From Actinomycetota bacterium (lineage in GTDB: Bacteria; Actinomycetota; Actinomycetes; S36-B12), in contig JBJOJS010000023.1 of the NCBI GenBank assembly GCA_046046455.1, forward strand, positions 13,167 through 77,166: 64,000 nucleotides of DNA, given 5' to 3'. The notes under the pieces were generated by a model, which saw only the letters and a list, made by a program, of their open reading frames with translations, did not search any database and was not told where the DNA came from. The stretch's first letter is position 1. Each line of letters begins with the position of its first letter. Positions 24,001 through 31,824 of this stretch are shown here, piece by piece. Both the position numbers and the translations under genes were made by a program.

Positions 24001-25771
24001 TCTGCGAGAACGCGGCATCACCCACGGTCGAAGGCCCGGTGAAGCCACTGCGCCGCCCTTCGCCGTACGTGTATCGGGTGACGCGACCCTCGTAGTCGGT
24101 GATCGACTCGACCCGCCGGCCAGACTTGTCCCAGGCCATGGATGTCGTCGCTCCGTCGCGATCACGGCGCGTGAGCGGACGCCAGTCGGCTGCACTCACG
24201 GTCATCTCGAAGAGCCGCCCTTGGCCGATCGATGACTGCAGCGGCTGGACCCCGGCACCATAGGAAAAGTCGCCCGCGAGGGATCCTGCGATGACGGCTG
24301 CACTCACCGGGGTCGCATCGAGGGACGCCTGCTGCGAGATCAACGGGTACTCGTAGAGGTGCACGAGCCGCTCCGCACCGGGAGCGGGTGCCCCCTCGGC
24401 CACACCCCACACTCGACCCGAGGGGTCGTAGGCAACCTGCGTGAGCACGTCGGTGGCCGCGCGATCGACGGTGCCCGAGGCGACAGCCGCGTTGGCCATC
24501 GGCTGGCGCACGGCCGCGAGGCGCCCGGAGGCATCCCACCCGATTCCCAGTCCGATCTCGCTCATCGGTCCGGGGCCGCCGACGGCATCGGCGATGAGCC
24601 CGATCTGCGGTGTGCCAGCGGCATCGACGTAGTGGATCTGCGTCGACGTGCCGTCCCACCAGGTGACCTGGCACAGCATCGCTTCCGGCGCAGCAACGAA
24701 TCCCGATGCGACAGGGCAGTCCGCGCCGTAGGCGAAGTCGATCGTGCGCTCGCTCGGATCGGTCACCGTGCGGGGCAGACCCTCACCCGTCCACTGGACT
24801 CGGCCGGCGAGGAGCCCCGAGGGGTACGACGCGACCGGTCGATCACCCTGGAACTCGGTGATGTCGCCATTGGTCTCCGTGAGCTGCCAGATGTCGCCTT
24901 CCCGCACCAGGGTTCCGGACGTCGCCGCGTCCATCCGGCGGCCGTTGGACCAGGTCTGCGTGTAGACGCCTACGTCGTTGCGGGTGAAGGTCATCGATCG
25001 TCCGGTGACATCGGCGACGTAGACCGAGGTCGGCACTCCATCGCGCACCGACTCCGACGGCTCGAATGTCGTCCACCGCGATGCGAGCGGCACGCTCATC
25101 CGCCATCCCGCCGGCATGCCGGCGCTTGAGGTCTGGCCGGGCTGGTAGGTGAGGAGGGCGAATGCCTGCCCGGCGACCGTCGGGTAGGAGCGCGAGGTCC
25201 AGGTGAGGGTCGGCACGCCGGTGATGAGGTGCGTCGTCACGCCGCCGAGCGCATCGCGGGGAGCGAGGCCGGGACGCGTCGCGTCGATGTTGAGCGAGAA
25301 GGGTCCCGCCCAGTCCCCGGAGGGGGCGTTGGCATTGCGTGCACGCCAGGAGTACTGCCGACCATCCTCGAGGGTGCCCGGGGGCACCTGCCATTCACGG
25401 CGCGAGCCCCCCGACGCCAGTGGCTCGTCGACGCCCGGCTCGTCGCCGGCCGAGACGTCGTAGATCTCGAAGGTCACATCCTCGGCCTCGACCTGCGCAG
25501 GGGCGACGAGCGTGGGCGTCACGGACACGGCGAGGCCGGAGGCATCGAGAGCCGACGGCGGGAAGGCCTCCGGAAGGGCCGGACCCGAGCCCGCCGAAGG
25601 GGGCAGCGCCCCCGCCTCAACCGCAGGTCGCAGCCCCGCTGCTGCCGGAGCGCCCGCGTCGGCAGACTGCGATGCGGACTCGACCGGGGCAGGAGTCGGC
25701 GGTGTCGAGGTGCACCCCGCCAGCACAGCGAGCGCGCTCGCCAGCGCGACGAACCCCGAAGCGCGCCTCAC
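21029..25771 (-). CDS. RHS/YD-repeat lipoprotein (RHS-2) with PA14-like insert and hydrophobic C-terminal tail
   Basis: GTG 25769-25771 gives VRRASGFVALASALAVLAGCTS (lipobox). YD repeats include YDPSGRVWG, FDAAGRTIA, YDGAGRVASV, YDKAARLSTA and WDALGRLTS. Core end reads ARPYLPALGAYLAFDP...ADPVNYSDPTGAY. The tail is at 21032-21577. The start overlaps the upstream gene's stop (GTGA). Confidence 0.9.
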   Translation of the reverse strand: MRRASGFVALASALAVLAGCTSTPPTPAPVESASQSADAGAPAAAGLRPAVEAGALPPSAGSGPALPEAFPPSALDASGLAVSVTPTLVAPAQVEAEDVTFEIYDVSAGDEPGVDEPLASGGSRREWQVPPGTLEDGRQYSWRARNANAPSGDWAGPFSLNIDATRPGLAPRDALGGVTTHLITGVPTLTWTSRSYPTVAGQAFALLTYQPGQTSSAGMPAGWRMSVPLASRWTTFEPSESVRDGVPTSVYVADVTGRSMTFTRNDVGVYTQTWSNGRRMDAATSGTLVREGDIWQLTETNGDITEFQGDRPVASYPSGLLAGRVQWTGEGLPRTVTDPSERTIDFAYGADCPVASGFVAAPEAMLCQVTWWDGTSTQIHYVDAAGTPQIGLIADAVGGPGPMSEIGLGIGWDASGRLAAVRQPMANAAVASGTVDRAATDVLTQVAYDPSGRVWGVAEGAPAPGAERLVHLYEYPLISQQASLDATPVSAAVIAGSLAGDFSYGAGVQPLQSSIGQGRLFEMTVSAADWRPLTRRDRDGATTSMAWDKSGRRVESITDYEGRVTRYTYGEGRRSGFTGPSTVGDAAFSQTTQVDQMRDGEAYEGLAADYWASPGATGPLAAGGWIARDGRVEVDWAASPVGQGSWSGRFAGTWRTDTGAGDGKATTWALQVRAADEADVTVYVDNRPCEADSDGICRFDLRDGEHALRIDMSSSTAESSLRVGAEVDGGGRLPSKLEVMSSVTPGFGVQTATLTNDRFAEGSAFDTYTTYDEPWTGRPTQVESPGGRVSRATYEPVGQGGWGRKLTATTPGGRVTTTAYWPVTGASESPPCPDAAAAPQAGQVRSITRTDGVVVERWFDAAGRTIAIRTGGQAGELACWTFASDGSVTSSRLYGVKGDLVEEAIVSAGVEGDPRRTRTQVTTTPPGEIFPAQAVTETTVDLLGRLVTYRDLTGAVFDYRYDVQGNQISRTTSVDGKELVTSSQEFDADTGRPTRMSIDGREIARVRYDGAGRVASVEYASAVSQEFEYRPNGTVQSTAITLADGSLVTDATGTNDAGRISTRTTRVVRAGEASTKREWGYAYDKAARLSTAILDVEGDQAGVGADRRRFDYRFGPQDASCGTSGDPGIDLDRTSGRRDDRDYVTCYDGAGRAVSTTDPLMAPQGGSARLSWDALGRLTSSEAEGATLSLDWSWGGLPATIVDGMGAVPVTSDLAHALGRLVAQRTSDDSASTTTLMAYANPTAIAPGLLLDGQGSPTQVRLLLPGGALWKKSLASGDVVLDHPGIRGEVVVRTDARGQAVRGAGGGVLAEALGPFGEPLETGRPSAGALAADPPSYGYGFSRLEPTLSGGSGLVLSLARPYLPALGAYLAFDPVPGSSSTGYGFAEADPVNYSDPTGAYSWFDFARNVLAVASITASIMLPGSFAIVLAISLTTSAAQLSVTAWERGGFEELTTTDLVFEAISVGIDMATWGAGRYKAWKEASKATSSVIDSADELADSAIRASSQVANEKPTLLKTITQASLTVAGFQLLLGGGQQPQQAAEAEQGEAGAADPQDCPVEGGCEGMPSREGDHRTADRL

Positions 25772-27198
25772 TTGTTGGTGATCGTCGCGAGCCAGGAGGC
25801 TCCAAACGCGTAGGAGGAGCCAGCGCTCCCGCCCGTGGAGGCGCACTCGATCGAAAGCTGGGACTGGGCCAGCGAGGACGCGTCGCTCTGACAGGAGATC
25901 AGCGCCTGCTCGACCTGCTTGCCGTTCTCGTTCACCTTCTTGATGGACGGCCTGCCGCCATTACCGCGGACGCCGTCGAGTTCCAAGGACGCAGCGATGC
26001 GCAGGGTGACGTTCTTGTCGAGGAACTCACGGGACGCCGCCGGCATCCTCGTGGTGAAGGTCAGGCTCGCATCGGGCCAGCAGGCATTCTCCGCAGAGGT
26101 GGCACCCTTGCGGCAGGCGTAGACCTCACCCGTCGATGACGTGATGTTGATCGGCTCGAGCTTCAATTGCAGCGTGGTCTTCGCGTTCCTCGCGAGAGCG
26201 TAGGCACCCACCGTGATGACGTTTCCGTCACCGGGCCCCACCACCTGGCCCACGGGCGACTTGCGCTGCGCCCACTGCGCCCCCTGAGTGAGGCTCGCAT
26301 CCACGATGCGCCAGGCGAGGAAGAGCTTTTCGTTCTTGAAATCCCCCCCGGGATTCTTGGCCGGATCCTGCTTGTACACCTTCACCGTGGCGTCCTTGCC
26401 CACTACCCCAGTCCACGTGGTCTTGATATCGACCCGCATCGGTGCCGTCCAGGCATAGGTGTCGTAGACGAAGTCCCACTTGTATCCGCTGTTGTACGTG
26501 TCCGTCCAGCAGCCCACCACGGAAGAGTTCCGCACCTCGCAGCTCGGGTATGTCTTCACGTCCTTGGTGTCGTTGTCGCGGGTGTCCCATGGCGCCTTGA
26601 TTTCCGCCGACGCGAGGGCGGAATCGATGCAGCCGCGATCCTTGGTGAAGGTGGACACACTGCCATCCTGGCTGCGGTCGACATTGGTGCACTTCCACCA
26701 CACGTAGCCGTTGGGGTCGCGCGCCCAGTCACGATCCTCCTGATGTCCCCACCAGCCGGGGTGATCGCTCCAGACCTTGCCGTCCCAGTAGTAGTACGTC
26801 TGCAGGTTCGACACGCCCATCGGCGGCCGGGCGCACTCCCACTCGCCTTCCTCATCGTCAAAGTTCCACGCCTTCTCACCCGTCTGCATCAGCCAGACGA
26901 CGTCGGTGTTGGACGGATCGACATCGGTACGGGCGCGGAAATCGTTGCGGAGCCAGACGACATCGAGGTTGTTGTAGATGCGCGCATTGGCCGTGACGTC
27001 ATCTCGCGAGCGGCACTTGGACTTCGGGTGCTGCTCTCCCGCCACCTCGCCCTCCCCGGCCGACTCCACCGGCGCCGGGCTCGAAGCCGGTGCGGCGTCC
27101 GAGGAGGAGGTACCTGATGTCGACGTGCCTGATGTGCAGGCGGCAAGCGCGAGCGCCCCCGCCACAGCGACTACCACCGCGTGCATCTTCCTGGCCAT
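25768..27198 (-). CDS. Trp/Cys-rich lipoprotein of unknown function, translationally coupled to RHS-2
   Basis: MARKMHAVVVAVAGALALAACTS (lipobox). 476 aa with Trp-rich stretches (YYYWDGKVWSDHPGWWGHQEDRDWARDPNGYVWWKC) and about 11 mature-chain Cys. I recognise no family motif. GC is lower than the neighbours by eye (about 58-63% on two sampled 60-nt lines). Confidence 0.75.
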   Translation of the reverse strand: MARKMHAVVVAVAGALALAACTSGTSTSGTSSSDAAPASSPAPVESAGEGEVAGEQHPKSKCRSRDDVTANARIYNNLDVVWLRNDFRARTDVDPSNTDVVWLMQTGEKAWNFDDEEGEWECARPPMGVSNLQTYYYWDGKVWSDHPGWWGHQEDRDWARDPNGYVWWKCTNVDRSQDGSVSTFTKDRGCIDSALASAEIKAPWDTRDNDTKDVKTYPSCEVRNSSVVGCWTDTYNSGYKWDFVYDTYAWTAPMRVDIKTTWTGVVGKDATVKVYKQDPAKNPGGDFKNEKLFLAWRIVDASLTQGAQWAQRKSPVGQVVGPGDGNVITVGAYALARNAKTTLQLKLEPINITSSTGEVYACRKGATSAENACWPDASLTFTTRMPAASREFLDKNVTLRIAASLELDGVRGNGGRPSIKKVNENGKQVEQALISCQSDASSLAQSQLSIECASTGGSAGSSYAFGASWLATITNK

Positions 27199-27297
27199 GC
27201 TCCGAGCGTACGTCGCACGAGGCGGGAGTGCGGGGTGATGTTCGGGTTTCTCACACGTGCCGGGCCCGGGCTACGTTCCCCGGGATACCTTCGCGCT
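27199..27297. promoter_or_regulatory. divergent promoter region between the lipoprotein/RHS-2 operon and RHS-3
   Basis: 99-nt gap between divergent starts. It contains GTTCGGGTTTCTCACACGTG (27240-27259) 38 nt before the RHS-3 ATG. This is similar to 16267-16286, which lies 37 nt before the RHS-1 ATG. Confidence 0.35.
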
Positions 27298-30200
27298 ATG
27301 CGCACTCGCCAGCGACTGTTCGCCGCTGTCGCCGTCACGGCGAGCCTTGCCATGGTGGCCACCGGCTGCACCACCTCCACTGAGCCGTCGCCGACGCCCT
27401 CCGCCGCACCCGTGGAGACCGCTGAGACGTCCGGGGGAGTCGCCGCGTCGTCGATCAACGCGGCGGACGTCCAGCCCTGGGTCGCGGGGACGGTCCCGGG
27501 TGGCGATGCCACCGGGCCGACGTACCCGACCGAATGGCCCGACGCCCCCGTGATCGGAGGCGGGCAGACGACATCGCGCACGCCCACGCTCATCGTCCCC
27601 GACGATGCACGGCTCTCCGGCGATGTGCAGGTGCAGATCGTCGACCTCGGCATCGGCGGTGGCTTCGGCCTCGACGGCCGCGGAGAGGCGACCGGTATCG
27701 CCTTCGAGGGGCGCCGCAGCACACGAGGCTTCACCGTCCCCGCAGACACCCTGGTCGACGGGGGCACCTACGCCTGGCGTGCCGGCAGCCCCGACGACTG
27801 GGCGGGACCGTGGGTCTTCACGATCGACACCGTCCGCTCGCAGAACGCTCCGGTCGACTCGGTGGGCAACATCAACGTCAATCTCATGTCGGGAGTGCCG
27901 GCCGCGCGATGGACGAGTCCCGAAGTGTCCGGGGCGCTCGGCGCCTTCGGCATCGGCGTGATCTTCCGACCCGGCAGCCCCGCGACTCCAGGACTCCCCG
28001 AGGGCTGGAACTGGGTGCTCCCCGGGAGCGGGTTCATCAGCCTGCAGGAGTCCGAGGTGATGTTCGGCGATGCGGCCGACGTATCGCTCTTCGGTGGTGA
28101 TGCCGGCCCCCTCAGCGTGACCCTGCGCACCACCAACGGCGCCGGCCTGACCTTCGTGCGCACGGAGACCGGCGGCTACGTCCCGGGCCTGTCGGACGGC
28201 ACCGCGACGGCGTACTCGCGCGGTGGTGTGCTCACGCGGATGAGCCCGAACACATGGCAGTTGTCCACTCCCGACGGCTCCATGACGCGATTCGTGGACG
28301 GCCGCGCCGTGAGCGAGTGGTCACGCGGCAACCCGGTCGCCAACTTCACCTGGGACGAGCAGGACCGCCTCGTCAGCGTCAGTGACGGCACCTCCCGCAC
28401 GACGACACTCGCCTACGCGGGCGGGTCATGCCCGGCGGTGGACTGGGGCAACGGCTTCGATGTCGCCGACGGCATGTGGTGCTCGGCGACGTACGCCGAC
28501 GGCACCGTCACCGGCATCGGCTACGTCGGCGGCCGGATCGGGCTGATCGCCGACCCCGGCGGATTGGGCACGGGCTTCGGCTGGGACGGCGCCGGTCGCC
28601 TCGCCGCTGTGCGCTCTCCGGGTGCCACCGCAGCGGCAGCCACCGCGGGAAATGACTGGGCCGGGGCGGACCTCACCACTTCTGTCGCGTACGACGGTGT
28701 CGGTCGTGTCGCGTCCCTGACGTCCGCGGCGACAGCACCCGGAGGCGAGCGGCTGACACGCACCTACACCTACCCGACGGGCGCACCGCGCGACGGCGAG
28801 CTGAAGGCGGCGGTCATGCAGGAGGGTGGTCCCTCCGCGGGGACCGTCCTTCAGGTCACCGCGACAGCCGACCGCTGGCAGGTAACCGAACGGGTGGAAG
28901 CAGGTCGGCTGACGACCACCACCGACTACGACACGGCAGGGGTCGTCACGCGGGGCACCGACCCGCAGGGTCGCACCCTCACGACGAAACTCGACGACGA
29001 GGCGCTCATGCGCACGTCGACAGGGCCGTACACCGGCTCCCCTGACGGCGCGCTCCGGACCGATCGCACGCTGGACGCCACAGCGACGAATCCCGAGGCC
29101 GGCGCCACCTCACCGACCGAGCAGTGGCACGGCCTCTCCGCGATGGTGTGGTCCGGTGATGAGGGCCGGGCCGAGTGGTGGGACGAGCGCACCCTCGAGG
29201 AGCGCGGTGTGGGCGGAGTCGTCGGCACCGAAGGCGAGTGGGAGGCCCAGGCATCCGGACTCTGGAAGGTGCCCGAGTCGGGCGTCTGGACGATCGAGGC
29301 GACGGCCTCCGACGACCTGCGCATCGAGGTGCTCGTCGACGGCGTTCGGTGCCCGGAGGGCGACGGCTGCGAGATACGCCTGGACCAGGGCGAGCACAAC
29401 CTCGCCATCGCCCTGCGCGGCAAGGGGAGGGGATCGTTCAGCGTCAAGGCGGATCGGGGCGGTGAACCCACGCGCATCCCCATCACGCAGGTGCGGCCGA
29501 ACTTCAACACGGCGACGGTCGTATCACTCAACGACAACGTCGAGGGTCGCAATGTCGGCTCGCAGGTCTACGACTTCGCTCGGCCCTGGACCCAGGCACC
29601 CGAGAGCGTCACCGCAAGCGGCGGCCTGCGCACGGCGTTCACGTACGAGCCGGAGTCGCCCGCGTCCGATCAGTGGGGCCGTCAGACGGGCACGCGCACC
29701 GCCGGCGGCGCCACCATGGCGACGGCGTACTACGGCGCCGACGAGCAGGCGAGCGGTGCCTGCGGCGGTGGCGGCGTACAGGGAGGACTCGCGCGCCAAA
29801 TGACCCGCTACGACGGGGTCACCATCACTTTGGTCTACGACGGTGCGGGCCGTGTCCAGTCGATGGTCACGTCCGGGGACGGTGCTTCCGAGACGACCTG
29901 CCTCGCCTACGACGCTGCCGGACGGACGGTGTCGACGAGCATCGCCGACAAGACCGGCGCCACGCTGCGCTCCTCGATGTACACCTACACCTGGTCCGAC
30001 GGCCGGCTCACGACGCAGCTCACCTCCACCGTCGCGGGTGAGTCCTTCACGACATCGACGACCTACGACATCGCCGGCAGGGTGCTGGAGTTCGTGGACG
30101 CATGGGGCGCGAAGACGTCATACGACTATGACGTCGAGGGCAACAACACCAAGCGCACAACGACAGCCCCCGGTGGCTCGTCACCCATCCTGACCGTGGA

Positions 30201-31818
30201 CCTCGCACATGATGGCGCGACCGGCAACGTGACGAGGATCGACGCCAATGGCACGACGCTTGCCAAGGTGACCTACAGCGAAGGCGGACAGCCCCGGAGC
30301 GTGGACTACCCCGGCTCGGTGTCCCAGTCCTTCGACTACACCTCGGCCGGGGCCATCAGCGTCACGCAACTCACGACCAAGGACACGGTCTTCATCCAGC
30401 GCCGCGAGCGCAATAGCGCCGGTCGCACTCTCTCGTCATCCACGACGGTGGAGCAGGGGTCGAAGACCGTCACAGATGCCACATGGGGCTACGACTACGA
30501 CAGTGCGGGACGCCTCATCGATGCCAAGCTCGTCACTCGCGGCGATGCCAGCACCATGGGCGGGGAGAAGCGGACATTCGGCTACGGGTACGGCTCTCAG
30601 GAGCAGTGCCCGTCCAGCACCGGTAACGACTTCAACCGCACGGGCGGCTCGCGCGACGGCATCGACTACGTGACGTGCTACGACGGTCGCGGTCGCCTTG
30701 CCTGGACGACGGACCCCCACCTGGTCGGCGAAGACGGGAAGGCGAAGGCGACCTGGGATGGCCTGGGCCGTCTCGTCGGCCTCGATGGAGCCGTGCCCCT
30801 CGCGCTCACCTGGGAGGCGGGGACGCAGGCGTCCGGCGTCACGCAGGGAGATGTCGCGAGCACCATGCTCTCGGTAGGCGGGGTCATGATCCGCGAGGAC
30901 GTGGGCGGGGTCATCCGCACCCTCGGCTACTCCGGCCCGGACGCCCGGCTCCCCTCCCTCGTCATGGATGACGCCCAGAAGGTGACGGGGATGCTCGTCG
31001 GCCTGCCGGGCGGGGCCATCGCGCACCTCGATCCAGCCGGTGCGCTCGAACGCATCGATCATCCCGACCTCTTCCTCGGCGTACTCGCCTCGACGGACGC
31101 GAACGGCGCCGCGCCCGGGCTCGCGGCGCAGTACGGGCCTTACGGCGAGCCGCTCGTGCCGGCGACCACTGCCTCGATGGAGTACGGCTGGCAGGCGACT
31201 CCGCGCAATCCGACGCTGTCGGGATTCCACGACCTGACGTTCACGGCTCGGCCCTACCACCCGTGGCTCGGCGCCTTCCTCGCCTTCGACCCGGATGTGG
31301 GTGTCTCGCCCAGCGGCTACGGCTACGGCGACGGCAACCCGCTGGACAACCCCGATCCCTCGGGCATGTCGGGAGCCCTCGACATCGTCGCCCTCGTCTT
31401 CGGGATCGTGGCGACGATCAGCGGCGCTGCATCGGGCGTCGTCGCGAGGAGCTCGAATGGCGAATTCTGGGAGACGGAGTTGAAGATCATCATGGTCGGC
31501 TCCGCGACCATCAGCGGGGCCCTCGCGATCGCCCGCCAGATCCCGGCCTTCCGGGAGCAGGCTCCGCAGGACGGTGTGACGGTCGCCAGCGCGGTCTTCG
31601 CCGTACTCGGAGTCGTCGCTGCATCGGTGGGCAGTTATCGCTACTCCGGCCAGGTGGAGGTCGGCATCAAGGCACGTCAGGCTATCGAGGAAGCCCTGGA
31701 GAGATCCACCTACTCCGCTGCGAAGGATCTCGCCGAGGACTCGCTGGATGCGGGCAAGAAGGCCGTCCGGGACGACGAGTACAACCGAGTCAAGAACTTC
31801 CTGGAGAACTTCGACTAG
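27298..31818 (+). CDS. RHS/YD-repeat lipoprotein (RHS-3) with PA14-like insert and hydrophobic C-terminal tail
   Basis: ATG 27298 gives MRTRQRLFAAVAVTASLAMVATGCTT (lipobox). It aligns along its whole length with RHS-1 (for example DVQPWVAGTVPGGDATGP, WKVPESGVWTIEATASDD). Core end reads ARPYHPWLGAFLAFDP...GDGNPLDNPDPSG. The tail is at 31366-31815. Confidence 0.9.
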   Translation: MRTRQRLFAAVAVTASLAMVATGCTTSTEPSPTPSAAPVETAETSGGVAASSINAADVQPWVAGTVPGGDATGPTYPTEWPDAPVIGGGQTTSRTPTLIVPDDARLSGDVQVQIVDLGIGGGFGLDGRGEATGIAFEGRRSTRGFTVPADTLVDGGTYAWRAGSPDDWAGPWVFTIDTVRSQNAPVDSVGNINVNLMSGVPAARWTSPEVSGALGAFGIGVIFRPGSPATPGLPEGWNWVLPGSGFISLQESEVMFGDAADVSLFGGDAGPLSVTLRTTNGAGLTFVRTETGGYVPGLSDGTATAYSRGGVLTRMSPNTWQLSTPDGSMTRFVDGRAVSEWSRGNPVANFTWDEQDRLVSVSDGTSRTTTLAYAGGSCPAVDWGNGFDVADGMWCSATYADGTVTGIGYVGGRIGLIADPGGLGTGFGWDGAGRLAAVRSPGATAAAATAGNDWAGADLTTSVAYDGVGRVASLTSAATAPGGERLTRTYTYPTGAPRDGELKAAVMQEGGPSAGTVLQVTATADRWQVTERVEAGRLTTTTDYDTAGVVTRGTDPQGRTLTTKLDDEALMRTSTGPYTGSPDGALRTDRTLDATATNPEAGATSPTEQWHGLSAMVWSGDEGRAEWWDERTLEERGVGGVVGTEGEWEAQASGLWKVPESGVWTIEATASDDLRIEVLVDGVRCPEGDGCEIRLDQGEHNLAIALRGKGRGSFSVKADRGGEPTRIPITQVRPNFNTATVVSLNDNVEGRNVGSQVYDFARPWTQAPESVTASGGLRTAFTYEPESPASDQWGRQTGTRTAGGATMATAYYGADEQASGACGGGGVQGGLARQMTRYDGVTITLVYDGAGRVQSMVTSGDGASETTCLAYDAAGRTVSTSIADKTGATLRSSMYTYTWSDGRLTTQLTSTVAGESFTTSTTYDIAGRVLEFVDAWGAKTSYDYDVEGNNTKRTTTAPGGSSPILTVDLAHDGATGNVTRIDANGTTLAKVTYSEGGQPRSVDYPGSVSQSFDYTSAGAISVTQLTTKDTVFIQRRERNSAGRTLSSSTTVEQGSKTVTDATWGYDYDSAGRLIDAKLVTRGDASTMGGEKRTFGYGYGSQEQCPSSTGNDFNRTGGSRDGIDYVTCYDGRGRLAWTTDPHLVGEDGKAKATWDGLGRLVGLDGAVPLALTWEAGTQASGVTQGDVASTMLSVGGVMIREDVGGVIRTLGYSGPDARLPSLVMDDAQKVTGMLVGLPGGAIAHLDPAGALERIDHPDLFLGVLASTDANGAAPGLAAQYGPYGEPLVPATTASMEYGWQATPRNPTLSGFHDLTFTARPYHPWLGAFLAFDPDVGVSPSGYGYGDGNPLDNPDPSGMSGALDIVALVFGIVATISGAASGVVARSSNGEFWETELKIIMVGSATISGALAIARQIPAFREQAPQDGVTVASAVFAVLGVVAASVGSYRYSGQVEVGIKARQAIEEALERSTYSAAKDLAEDSLDAGKKAVRDDEYNRVKNFLENFD

Positions 31819-31824
31819 GGCGAA

